Shown: positions 12,696 through 24,734 of the stretch, in pieces
How positions within the stretch are numbered: position 1 is the stretch's first letter
Layout of the letters: each line of letters starts with the position of its first letter
Source: Octopus sinensis
Lineage: Eukaryota
Direction of reading: 5' to 3'
Assembly (NCBI RefSeq): GCF_006345805.1
Contig: NC_042999.1
Location: 46,624,001-46,688,000, forward strand
Length of the DNA: 64,000 bases
Notes under the pieces: model-generated
Databases searched by the model: none
What the model saw: the letters and a program-made list of their open reading frames with translations, nothing else
Told to the model about the DNA's origin: nothing
Program-made: the position numbers and the translations under genes

Positions 12696-13070
12696 GGGCG
12701 GCGAACCGGCAGAATCGTAAACACGCCGGGGAGAGATGCGTAGCCGTATTTCGACTGCCGTTACGTTCTGAGATTAAATTCCGCCGAGGTCGACTTTGCT
12801 TTTCATCCATTCGGGGTCGATAAATTATCTACCAGTTACGCACTGGAGTCGATGTAATTGACTTAATTCGTTTGTCTGTCCTTGCTTATCCTCTCTGTGT
12901 TTAGACCCTTGTGGGTAGTAAAGAAATAGTTATTTCGTCTATTGTTACGTTTTGAGTTCAAATTCCGCCGACATCGACTTTGCTTTTCGGAGACGATTAA
13001 ACACGTACCAGTTACACTCAGTCCTTGTGTGTCCCCTTTATGTTTAGCCCCCTGTGGGCAATAAAGAAAT
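12696..13070 (+). mobile_element. SINE family B, full copy plus partial tandem copy
   Basis: Head ggcggcgaaccggcagaatcg; central gactttgc..ttcatcc..ggggtcgataaa..accag (Meta-SINE-like domain); tail tttagcccc.tgtggg.a.taaagaaa. Confidence 0.9.
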
Positions 13071-13089
13071 ATATATGTGTATCTGTATA

Positions 13090-14060
13090 TAGTGAGAATT
13101 TACCAAAAATAACAACAAAAGATGAAGACAGGTGTGCAAACAACAAACAGATGTATTAGTTTAACAACACTCGGGAAGTGAGAAAGTATTTTACATTTCG
13201 AGCCTACGCTCTTCGACAGAAAGGAACACAGAAATAAAAAGGGAGAGAAAAAATAGTTTTGTGGCTAGCGATCTATCAGCGAATGCCGGATAAAAGCGTC
13301 ACACAGGGGAGTCAGGAAGAAGGGGAGATAATGAAGTAGTTGTGATCCCAAAACGAAGGTGTGTATGTATGTGAGAGCGTGTATGTGCGTGTGGAAGAGG
13401 GCTGGTGATCTTGCCGTGTGCGTGTGTGCATGTGTAGGTGTGTTGATGGTGTGGGTGCTGGGAAGTGGTCAGTGCTAGTGTGTGCACTGGTGTGGGTGCT
13501 GGGAATTAGTCAGTGCTAGCGTGTGCCGGGTGGTGTGATGTGGTGTGGTGTAGTATGGTGGTATGTGGGGTGCTGGTATGTTGTGTGCTGGTGCGGTGTG
13601 GTGGTGATGGGGTGTGGGGGAGGCGAGAGTGGGGAAAGTAAGGGTGGGGTGTAAGGAATGGGGTAGGATGGGATGTATAGGGATGTTGGGGATGGAATGT
13701 GTAGTGGTGGGATAATGAGGGCGGGGTGACTATGAAGGGAGAGTGTAGAAGGTGAGAGGAGTGAAGAGGGGAGTAGGTGTCAGAGCAAAGGAGGAAAAGA
13801 TGGGTGGGAGGAAGTACGTGTGAGAGGATGAGAGGAAAGAGGAGGAGGGTAAGATGAAAAGGGGAGGAGAGTTGAGCCCATGTGGCGCAAAGGAGCGAAG
13901 AAAGAAGATTAATCCCTGTTCACGGCGAAGACGGGAATCCGGATGGCCCCTGTGCAAGGACAATCTGAACAGATAGGTGTTGTAAAGAATGGTGGGTAGA
14001 GCGGAAATAGCACGAAACCGGGGTGTCGTTGCAGATAAGTTTTCACTGGTTAACTGTTTA
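13090..14060 (-). mobile_element. Penelope-like element 3' end: GIY-YIG C-terminus, C/CA-rich UTR and hammerhead
   Basis: ORF 13730-14110 contains SRLRREQGLIFFLRSFAPHGLN, a typical PLE endonuclease C-terminus, with a hammerhead motif downstream at 13188-13223. Confidence 0.8.
13188..13223 (-). ncRNA. Minimal hammerhead motif (A6U variant)
   Basis: Minus strand cttt-CTGTCGA-a-gagc-gtag-gctc-GAAA-t-GTA-aaat. Confidence 0.6.
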
Positions 14061-14099
14061 ATATTCAATTCTTTTATTCTTATATTTGTTTCATGCTGA

Positions 14100-14420
14100 G
14101 GCACCGCCATTAGTCGAACAAATCGACCCCATGATTTATTCTTTTAAGCTTAGTACTTATTCTATCGGTCTCTTTCGCCGAACCGCTAGGTTACGGGAAG
14201 GTAAGCACACATCGGTTGTCAAGCGATGGTGGTGGTACAAATAGACACACAAACATATACAAATATAGACAACGGGATTCTTTCAGTTTCCGTCTACCAA
14301 ATCCACTCACAAGGCTTTGGTTGGCCCAAACTATAGTAGAAGACAATTGCCAAGGTGTCACGCAGTGGGACTGAAGCTGGAACCATGTGGTTTGTAAGCA
14401 AGCTACATACCACAGCCACA
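14100..14420 (-). mobile_element. SINE family A
   Basis: Reverse complement matches the family A copies at 19754 and 40558. Confidence 0.9.
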
Positions 14421-14585
14421 GAAAAAATTCTCCACTACAAATGGGTATGTATACACAATATACAATAATAAAAGGAAATGGAGAGTTGAAAGTGGCATAT
14501 GTTTATTTATTATCATAATATTATATTTTTTGCGGTTTTGCGGTTCTTCCATTTCTTTCGTACCTATAGAGACTTACACATACTG

Positions 14586-15149
14586 TTGGGTTGTCCGGAA
14601 AGGTCGTGCCGATTTATAGTAGCTTACATTTCGACTTAATTTAGAACATGGTTGAGTCCAAAAATAGGATTTGCCTACACCTCCATTGAGAGCACAGTTT
14701 AAGCTATCTTTTCGTTGAAGAAGGTTTATGTTCCTATAACCTGTGTTAATTCCGTAATCCTTTAAATTGGAAGATAAGAAAGTTCATTTTTGGCACTTGA
14801 TGCTTTGGGAACCAGACAAAAATTGCTGCAGTTCGGCTGGGATGTGTTACCCCACTCTCCATATTCACCAGATATTGCTCCTTCGGATTTCCACTTATTC
14901 AGATCTCTGCAGAATAGTCTTAATGGTGGATATTTCAATTCCTTGGATGACGTAAAAAGATACCTTGATGAATACTTTGCCATGAAACCACCTCAATTCA
15001 GGGGAGAGGGTATTTTCAAGTTAAAGGAAAGATGGAGACGCATTATGCAACAAAATGGTTCATATTTGGTTGATTAAAATGTAATGGCAAGTATTTATTG
15101 ACCTTTTTCTTTCTTTTAAAAATCAGCATGAACTTTCCGGACAACCCAA
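14586..15149 (+). mobile_element. Internally deleted mariner (MITE-like derivative)
   Basis: TIRs ttgggttgtccggaaaggtcgtgccgattt and aaatcagcatgaactttccggacaacccaa, with TA at the right end. The transposase N-terminus MEDKKVHFWHLML is joined directly to the C-terminus PHSPYSPDIAPSDFHLF. Confidence 0.93.
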
Positions 15150-15728
15150 TATATTTACATTAGTTTGTTTACATTAAAAATAAAACTAAGTAACTTTTGA
15201 TTGAATACTTCACATACACATTAGTATAGACAATAGATAATGACTATAGTATGATTTATAAACTTAAAGTTAATTATAATATTATTTAGTGTTGGCGTGG
15301 TAGGTATGATAGATAGTTTTCTGAAAATTTTTTTATGTGTATGATGTAATTTCATGGATAGTATAGAATTGAAGGTCAATATTTACTGTCTTACAATAGA
15401 TTTGTAACGAATTTTTTCTGTTCTAGAATACTAACGGGCAGAAATATACTTCAGTTAATATTCTTAAATATACAGACACATATTTTATAGCCGTTATATT
15501 AATTGTTTATGTTATTTCATTCATAAATTTTAAAATTCAAACATAATTATTGACACTCACACTCACAAATATAAACATATATTCAGTCTGTTTTACAATT
15601 TCAGTCTTCTCACATGTTATTTTCATCCAGCTTACCCTGATGAGATTCTTACTCAAATATTTCAATAATACAAACTTTCGGCTTTTGATTTGAATTGAAA
15701 CAATTGAAGGGATTATATTTATTCTTAT

Positions 15729-15781
<53 letters not shown>

Positions 15782-15832
15782 AACAATAATAATAATAATA
15801 ATAAAAATAATGATAATGATAATAATAATAAA

Positions 15833-16376
15833 TGCCCTGATGCAGTACCAGGCAGTGGCTCTTGTGGCTTCTGATCTTAACTGATTGGAAGTGTTATCAT
15901 GTACATTGTTTTCTCTTGGTATAAAAGATAGGCCACAGCAAATATTCTGTTCAGTACCACAGATTTGCTTGTCACTTGTTTGACCTTAACCAGTTGAGCA
16001 TGTCCCTTAGTGGCTGACGATATGTACATCTCTGATCACGAGCAGAAGTAGTGGGGGATCATCATAAACATGTATTGAGAGGGATTCTATGGGGTTTGAA
16101 TAAATCACCTCTGGAAACATGGGTGTTTCGTTCAACATACTTAAACAACCCTTATTCTGATAGCTGGTGGGTTACTCGACCAGAAGAAAATTCTAACTGG
16201 GCCCCACCTACAAGGTCATATGCTGTTTATCTTGATATGAGATCACCATGTCGCACACATACGGTTGTGATGCATGTGTCTAGTGTACTCTTATCAGACG
16301 GGTATTCATGATGGGTATACTAGGCTTCGTATATTTTACCCCAGTGTCACTTTGATGGCATGTACTGCTCTCTCAC

Positions 16377-16378
<2 letters not shown>
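15833..16378 (+). mobile_element. Non-coding retroelement or 3' UTR inserted in (TAA)n
   Basis: Flanked by (GAT)/(TAA)n tracts. The same 3' end recurs 5'-truncated at 29398-29597 (+) and 40058-40104 (-). Confidence 0.75.
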
Positions 16379-16430
<52 letters not shown>

Positions 16431-17639
16431 TTGATTCACTAACTTTTTGCTGTGACAACAGATAGCTCATGAAGTGTTTTGTCTAGATTGATAATCCCTC
16501 ACTATTAGCTCTATTATGTGTGTGTGTGTGCATGTGTACGTATACATATGCGTGAGTCTGTCTGTGTATAGGTGTATGTACCTGGGTATGTACGGTTAAA
16601 CACTTTCTATGCAAAGACCTCTGTTCAAACTACAAGAGTAGAAAAGTGAGTTGTTCTCGATGCTGAGAGTAAAGTATTGCATCGATATTATATTTATTAA
16701 GAGGAAATCTAGATTTCGTCACACACAGGCGCGCACGTGTCTGAATAATAAAGCAGGCAGCTGTAACAAAAAACGAACTCAATAAAGAAGCATTTTATTG
16801 GACGTGTGTTTAAAGAGAAATTGGAAGAAATAAATAGATGTTATTTTGTGTATACGAAAACAAATGAACTATTTCATTTGATATGTATAAAATAAATAAG
16901 AAATAGCGATAAAATTCAATCTCAACAATTGAACATACCTAAGGCCGTGTATATACTGTTATTCATGCTTAAGAAGTACTATATCAAAGAATGGGAGAAA
17001 AGCAACTACAAAAAAGTAGAAGGAAATGCAAGTGAAAGAATTCCCTAATGAGAAAAAAAACAAAAAAAAAAAAAACAATGAATAAGAGAAACATTCGCTG
17101 ATTTTGGAACGATTTCATAATGTATTTTTCATTTATAAAACCATGTAAGCAAAAGCCCGCAACTAACACGACACAAAATTGTTCAACAAGAAGGATAGTT
17201 ATGTACAGATGAAACCAAATTGAAATAGGAATCACACGCAAAATTTCGTTGTGAAAGTTTCTACAGCGGACGCGACCCACGAATATGTTTCTTTTTGCAT
17301 TTTGTTAATTTAAGTATCAAGCACACACCATTGTTTGTTCCGTTCAAGTTGTTCGCATGATACAAGTATAGGGATATTAAAATATTTTCGGTGAAGCCAA
17401 AAAAATGAGAATTCAGATCTTATCTGATGTTACGAAGCTAGTGAATCTCGCTCACTCTCATTCGTGTTCTCTCTTTCTTTCACACTCTGTGAGACTGTAC
17501 ACATACATACATACATTCATACATACATACATATATATACACACACACATATATATATATATATACATACATATATACACACATGTATACAAACAGACAG
17601 TCACACTTATACAGATACATACAACCATACATATATACA

Positions 17640-17677
<38 letters not shown>

Positions 17678-17694
17678 TTATATACATATATATA

Positions 17695-18090
17695 TCTTTA
17701 TATATAAAAGAGAAGTTGTGTGTCTGTCTCCTACGATTTAGATTCCTAACTACTCCCACATTTTGCGGTGCAGTTTAACCAAAACCGGGTATCTTATAGT
17801 TGTGATTCATATCGAGCCCTTCTGGGTATTGGCGCGCGTCTACGATGAGTCTACGATTTAAAAAATAAATTACCATCATTTTTTTCCATTTTAGTGCATT
17901 TTTTTTGCTATTATATAAGGGAAGTAACTCTCTAAAAATGTCTACGATGAGTCAATGATTTAAAAAAATTTACCATCATTTGTTTTCCATTTTTAATGCA
18001 TTTTTTGCTATTTTTTGGCTATAACTCTCTAAAAATGCTTATATAGTTATTTCCCTTACAAACCCGAGCAACGCCGGGCGATACTGCTAG
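17695..18090 (+). mobile_element. Non-autonomous Helitron
   Basis: Starts A|TC, ends CTAG|T, has a subterminal hairpin cccgagcaacgccggg (18063-18078) and no TSD. It carries an internal tandem duplication of about 100 bp (17839-18036). Confidence 0.88.
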
Positions 18091-18217
18091 TATATATATA
18101 TATATACACACACATACATATACATGTATATAGACTCATACATTCGACCATATATATACATATATATGTGCGTATATATATAGATATATATATTCATATA
18201 TATGTGTGTATATATAG

Positions 18218-18291
<74 letters not shown>

Positions 18292-18420
18292 ATATGTATG
18301 TATATATATCTTTGATACTTATATTTGTGAGATTGATGTTGTACTATTCAACATATACTTATAGGTATACTCATACGAATGAATGCGGACCATTTTCTTA
18401 CTATACAGATGATTATTTTT

Positions 18421-18459
<39 letters not shown>

Positions 18460-18522
18460 TATACAAACATACACATACACGCCCATAGACACACATACAC
18501 ACACACACATATAAAAATAAGC

Positions 18523-18579
<57 letters not shown>

Positions 18580-18915
18580 ATATGTGTATTCAAGTGTATT
18601 TCTATGTGTGCATTTTGTTTGTCTGTGTCCGTCTATATTTTTACCAGAGAATATATCTACGCCTGTATATTTCCCCATATAAATGTATTTTTTTCAGTTC
18701 TGTGTGTTTATTACAAAGTCGAATTTCCTCTTGCATCATATAAGCATTTCTTAAGAGTTTGAAATTTTAAATTTCTAAATCCCTGCAGTCATCACTCATA
18801 ATTACACTTTTTCTCTGTTAACAATGATTCAATATCCATTCTCCCAACTCCAACATACCATTATGATGTAGAGACTACAAAAGGGAGAGTTGGTACACAA
18901 GGTGGAGAGTGTTTA

Positions 18916-19446
18916 CGAGTTGATTTCAAGAAGTATCCGACTTTATTTTTTTTCCACCTCAACTAATGCTGCGTAGGCGAAATCCTTTGGATGGAAGGTG
19001 ATATCATTCGTCTTATGCTCGCATAAAAATATTTGCGCCGGAAGGCCGCACCAGCTTCCAGCTGTTATGCCTAGAGTACAAACTTGTAGTATGCGTTCGT
19101 TTCATTATCACTGAACGCATGGAGCGGAGATATTGCATCAAGTTATATCAAGAGCTTGGTGATACTCAAGTTGAATCCATCAGATCAATTAGGCCTTCCA
19201 CAAGCATAGATGAGGAGCCGATTGAGAAGGTTCGGCGAATAGTCATGGAAGACCGTCGTGTTACAATCCTCTAAATCGATCACGAAGTGGGAGTAAGGAC
19301 ATTTTAACGGAGGATCTGAGCATGTGGAGTGTCGGAGAAATCCATCACCAAGGTGCTGGTGGAGCAGCAGAAGCAATTCCGCATGGAAGTTGCTCAGGAC
19401 ATGCTGGACTGTGCATACCACGACCCAGAATTCATGAAGGCCATCA
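18916..19446 (+). mobile_element. Mariner 5' half, decayed
   Basis: TA-cgag.. left end. Translations MERRYCIKLYQELGDTQVESI, EDRRVTI and EQQKQFRMEVAQDMLDCAYHDPEFMKAI match mariner transposase N-terminal regions. Confidence 0.75.
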
Positions 19447-19449
19447 ACT

Positions 19450-19590
19450 TTCATTCCTCGATATCCTCACTAAGTAACCCAACAACAAAATAGAAACATA
19501 TATATTATAAGCCTACAGACTCCAAGCAATATCTACTGTTCAACTCATGCCACACCAGAATAAATATTCCCTTCAACCTAGCAAGGAGTC
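19450..19590 (+). mobile_element. Penelope-like RT C-terminal fragment
   Basis: SFLDIL...YYKPTDSKQYLLFNSCH...NIPFNLAR. Confidence 0.75.
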
Positions 19591-19753
19591 ATATTTTATC
19601 ACAAAATATAAACCACTTTTGAATGCATCTGCTACAAAGGCACTACCGCAAGGGCCTCAAATAATACCCACGCAAATATTTTAAAACGATATATTCAGAG
19701 CAGTCACTACCTAGGAATTTATTCAGAACAATTCCAGCGCAGGAGTGGCCATA

Positions 19754-19927
19754 GACGTAGGATTGGCTGTGTGGTAAATAGCTTGCTTACCAACCACATG
19801 GTCCTTGGTTCTGTCCCACTGCATGGCACCTTGGGCAAGTGTCTTCTACTATAGCCTCAGGCCGACCAAAGCCTTGTGAATGGATTTGGTAGAGGGAAAC
19901 TGAAAGCAGCCCCTCATATATATGTAT

Positions 19928-19980
<53 letters not shown>

Positions 19981-20203
19981 ATATGTTTGTGTGTCTGTGT
20001 TTGTCCCCCCAGCATTGTGTTTGTCCCCTCAACATATGGTGGTATGTTTACGTCCCCGTAACTTAGCGGTTCGGCAAAAGGAACCGATAGAATAAGTACT
20101 AGGCTTACAAGAAATAAGTTCTGGGGTCGATTTGCTCGACTAAAGTCGGTGCTCCTGCATGGCCGCAGTCAAATGACTGAAACAGGTAAAAGAGTAAAAG
20201 AGT
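19754..20203 (+). mobile_element. SINE family A, full length (tRNA head, CORE-like accttgggcaagt, internal (TA)n/(TG)n, LINE-like tail)
   Basis: Complete head-to-tail structure ending gcatggccgcagtcaaatgactgaaac plus (gtaaaaga) repeats. It resembles the described octopus tRNA-SINEs, but the exact family name was not verified. Confidence 0.92.
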
Positions 20204-20301
20204 AATTAATTACTATTATAACCACAACAGGTCACTTTTATATCACATAACCATTTAAGAGGATTCCACCAATATCCTACTACTGTCATGCCACTCTTGT
20301 A

Positions 20302-20627
<326 letters not shown>

Positions 20628-20793
20628 TGAGAAATGGAAAATGTTCCTTGTATTTGAAAACTATGGAAGTATTTACAAAACACTTCATTTAATTTTTTAT
20701 ACTTTAACTTGAAAAAGTGGCAAAGTGTAGAACCGGTACTAAAATGGCTATTATGATTAAATTATTTCAGCATCATGGAAGGAAAGAAAGATG

Positions 20794-20828
20794 GTTTTAT
20801 GTTTCGAGCAAACCTCTTCTTCAGAAAC
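20794..20828 (-). ncRNA. Minimal hammerhead motif
   Basis: Minus strand gttt-CTGAAGA-a-gagg-ttt-gctc-GAAA-c-ATA-aaac, same layout as 5913 and 13188. Stems II and III each have one mismatch. Confidence 0.65.
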
Positions 20829-20927
20829 AGGAGACAGGAAGAGAAAAGAAGACGGAGGAAAAAAATCACCAACTATCTACAGTTAGTTACATTATATATA
20901 TATATATATTGATAAAAGCCACTCACA

Positions 20928-20968
<41 letters not shown>

Positions 20969-20969
20969 A

Positions 20970-21780
20970 AGTAAATGTTATTAACTGTTGAAGTTAATAA
21001 AGCTAAAGATATAAATAATGACTTGCAGAAAATTTATTAAATATTTCCCTGGTTTAGAAAAAAGTAGCTTGATAGATGCTTTAAACAATTTCCTTAAGGT
21101 TGGGGGCCTTATGGATTATTGGGAGATTTTACATAATGTTATGAAATGCTTATTAGTTTCTGGGGAGAAATAAGGTAGTGTTTTAAGGGTAGTTGTGTTG
21201 CTGTGAGTGGCTTTTATCAATGTTTTAATATCAATCAATTTTGCACGTTTAATCGCTTCATTTATGAGTTGAATTGGGTAGTGCCTGTCCTAGAATGAGT
21301 TTTTAAGCTTTAGCAATCTTAGTTGTCTTATATTTTTTCGGATCTATGATGAAAATTCTTATCAACTTCCTTTTTGGACCTCAACACAGGTAAGACTGAA
21401 TAAAGAAGCCTCATTTATCCAAAAATATAAGCCAGAAAAATAAAAGGCTTAGCTAGAATAAAATACAGGCCCAAAATATAAATTACAGATTTATTTCCTT
21501 CTTTACTGTAAAATAAATGAGTGAGCAATTATCTCCCCTAGTAATATGTCTTTCCCTAGCAATATGTCTATTTTTTAACCCTTAGCCTGATGAGCAATGC
21601 GAAACCGGTTCTTACTTTAATCATGGTGAAATAACAAAATATTATTTTGTACTAAATTGTATAATATCTTTATTTTATGACTCTATTATACCCCTTAACC
21701 CTGTGAAACAAATCTGTTTTTTTTACCATCTGTTCTCGTTCTGTATGTATCCAACCACGTGTGTTCCCTCACTAAAATAT
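20970..21780. mobile_element. Rearranged Penelope-like remnant: inverted RT-thumb piece (-), then EN C-terminus and pLTR (+)
   Basis: Minus strand ..DRHYPIQLINEAIKRAKLIDIKTL. Plus strand ..RLNKEASFIQKYKP, then a hammerhead core CTGATGA-gcaatgc-GAAA-ccggtt at 21587-21610. Confidence 0.65.
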
Positions 21781-22082
21781 TATATATATATATATATATG
21801 AGCACTTTTAGGCAATGTGTCTATACAAATGCATACATATATGCCCACATGTAATGATATAGATCAAGAGACAGATTCATGCACAGAATTATAAATAATT
21901 ATTAATCTGGATAATCTTAGATAATATTTGTCACCTCGAATTCAAATAACAATGTTTGGTAGGCTAAATGTTATTTAGAACAACAAATTAAGGCAGTTCT
22001 ATATTTAAGAGATGAGGAATTATGTACATTATTTACATTATTTAAATTTTGACAGATATTTGTCCACATCTAATTTGTTGTT

Positions 22083-22127
22083 GACACAACGTTTCGGCTG
22101 ATATACCCCCAGCCTTCATCAGGTGTA
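22083..22127 (-). ncRNA. Minimal hammerhead ribozyme with canonical core
   Basis: Minus strand acac-CTGATGA-a-ggctg-ggggtatat-cagcc-GAAA-c-GTT-gtgt. Confidence 0.8.
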
Positions 22128-22161
22128 TTGGAGAAATTTCGAATATGGGTTCTCATTCCAC

Positions 22162-22234
22162 GGGCATATGGCGTAGTGGTTAATAGCGCGGGCTACTAAC
22201 CCCAAGATTCCGAGTTCGATTCCAGTCAGTGACT
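22162..22234 (+). promoter_or_regulatory. tRNA-like Pol III cassette (A and B boxes), not a functional tRNA
   Basis: A box TGGCGTAGTGG at 22169-22179 and B box GAGTTCGATTCC at 22212-22223. The anticodon-like loop is CTACTAA and the acceptor stem does not pair. Confidence 0.75.
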
Positions 22235-22329
22235 TGAATAATAATAATAATAACAACAACAGCAACAACAACCACAACAACAACAACAACAACAATAATA
22301 ATGATAATATAATAATGATGATGATGATG

Positions 22330-22362
<33 letters not shown>

Positions 22363-24640
22363 TAATAATAATAATAATAACAAAAACAACAACAACATTG
22401 AAAAATATCTTAGGAATGAAAACCCAGGTTCGAAATTTCCCCAAGACATACCAGCCGAAACGTTGTATTAACAACAAACAACATGAAGACAAATATCCGT
22501 GAAATGTAAATAATGTAAATAATGAACAAATTAAAGCTTATTTACATGTATATAAGTATTATTGTAACACCTCACAATTTCACAAACAAATGATAATGGA
22601 ATTACTTTTCTGAGATCCAAGCTAAATTTAAGATTACTATATCTATTATGATGATATATATTGGTGTCAGTTAAACCATATTCTGAATTGATTAATGCTT
22701 TCCATATTTATAGAATATGTCAGCAAATTTAACTATAGATTTTCTCGTATCGAAGTCTAAACCAATACTCTGAGAGTGGCACAGTTTGTTGATCTCCAGA
22801 CTCAATTAATATGCAGTATTGTAATGTTGGTGGATTTGCAGAATCATTAACACACGAGAAATTGTTATGCAGAGTTGCCTACACCTCTTTAGATTTTGAG
22901 TTTAAATCCAGCCTTGTTTAACCTTACTATTCATACTTCTAGGGACAACAAAATATATTAAGAGTCGTGTATTGGAGAACGACATAATCGGGGTATTCCT
23001 TTAACGTATCACGAAATGCATCGGTGAAGACATGTTTAGTGTTGTTAGGTAATACAAAACTGTATTAGTATTCAAAAGTAGCCAGCAACCAATATAACCT
23101 TAAGTTTGGCTCGAAAATAAAATGGAATAAAAACAGAAAGATGGGTTATTTGTTATTGCAACAATTCTTTGGCTAAGAGTTTTTATTTTGATGTAAGCAT
23201 AGTAAAGTAAAGTATGCAGTATGCACAACATCCATGACATGACATTATGTTATATGTTACGCAACTCTCAATTCACCAAGCTAACCAAATAAACAAGCGA
23301 GCAATGACATGTCTATTAATAAACAAATGATGAACAAGAGAAATTTATAGTCAGAATTACCAACATTCAAGAAAGTAAAGTGACTCTGCCTACAATTTGT
23401 CAATCAATGAGTATGGATTGCAGAATGATGTTGTCAATGAAAGAACAGTTAAAAGTGTTCAGATTCCAAAGCTGTCTTTAAACTTAATAACCTCATTCAT
23501 AAAGGCTGGTGGTGGCAGAACTTGCTTATATACAAGCGGATGTCAAGCGCCGCCACGGATGACATTTGCCCCCTATCAACACATGTTCAAAAGCAGCTGT
23601 TAATGATGCTTTAAAAACCCATTTATTTTGTTATATTGATTTAAAGTTTACTACATTAAGGAGTGACATGGTTAATAAATCCCATTTGTTCACTTAATTA
23701 CCCTTGATAAAAGTGGTCCGGTTAATTATAATAAAACTAATAGGATATCAGTTTTAATGAATAGAAATCCAGTAAGTATAATTCAGAGCGAACTACTCCA
23801 GGAAAGCTGCAGATCAGGAAAGTTCTTTGCAAAATTTCAGAGAAGGGAGGGAAAGAGAAGAGGGAAAACGAAAAGATATAATGAAATAGGATAAATCAAA
23901 TTGGCTGGAAGAATAAAGTAAATCAATTGGTATCATACACTTTGAGTAGACAGCTTACGCGCTATCAAAATAATTTAAAATTATTGTAAAAAGGAAATGT
24001 TAAAAGTGTTTATCAAAAATAGAGAGAATGGAAAAGTCATAGGTGCTAAGTAATAACGAATTGGTAGCATTATGATTAGTTATAAAGATATTGAAACTTC
24101 GTAAGTAGAGAGGGTGATACAATTATTATAAAGGGCTCATCCATGGCTCGTAGCAAATTGAAAGTTTAGTAAATTAACTTAAAAGTTATTAAATTAAATT
24201 GTATAAAATATGGAAATATATACTAAATTGCAGTCACCGGTATCTGTCGTTTGAATCAAGAATAGGCAAACGTACGTTAAATAATAGCATTAAGAAGTCA
24301 TCTAAATATAGTTAATAAATCCTATTACTGGTGGTAATGTCTTTATCATAGGATTAGTGATACGTACCTAGCAGGCTGGAAAGGCTTATAAGAAAGTTCT
24401 ACGGATAGAATTTGATCCTTAATTCCTCTGATCTATTGATAACTTTACCCACGCATTTTGAGATTTTCCAATTTTAAAGATAAGTGATTGCAACCATATC
24501 TATCACTAAAAAAATTAATAATTGTAATTCAACTTTTTGACCTTGTTTTTAACGGCTTGAAAAATGGCGAAATATATTAATATTTCGACAAGAAATCCCT
24601 AGTATTCCATAAGAACTGTAGTTTTTATTATAATAATAAT

Positions 24641-24725
<85 letters not shown>

Positions 24726-24734
24726 GTACATATT

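Larger units (their letters stand above)
21994..22524. mobile_element. Non-autonomous PLE-derived insertion: inverted pLTR end (hammerhead plus tail), tRNA-like head, (AAC/AAT)n, direct pLTR end
   Basis: 21994-22159 is the inverse of 22413-22524 plus a ~30-bp tail. Flanking direct repeats are aacaaattaaggc (21982-21994) and aacaaattaaagc (22525-22537). All parts are homologous to 46911-47153. Confidence 0.85.

Noticed and set aside
22162-22234. Possible tRNA gene with an ACT anticodon
   Set aside because: The acceptor stem and outer anticodon stem do not pair, and the unit is part of a repeat. It is reported only as a tRNA-like cassette.
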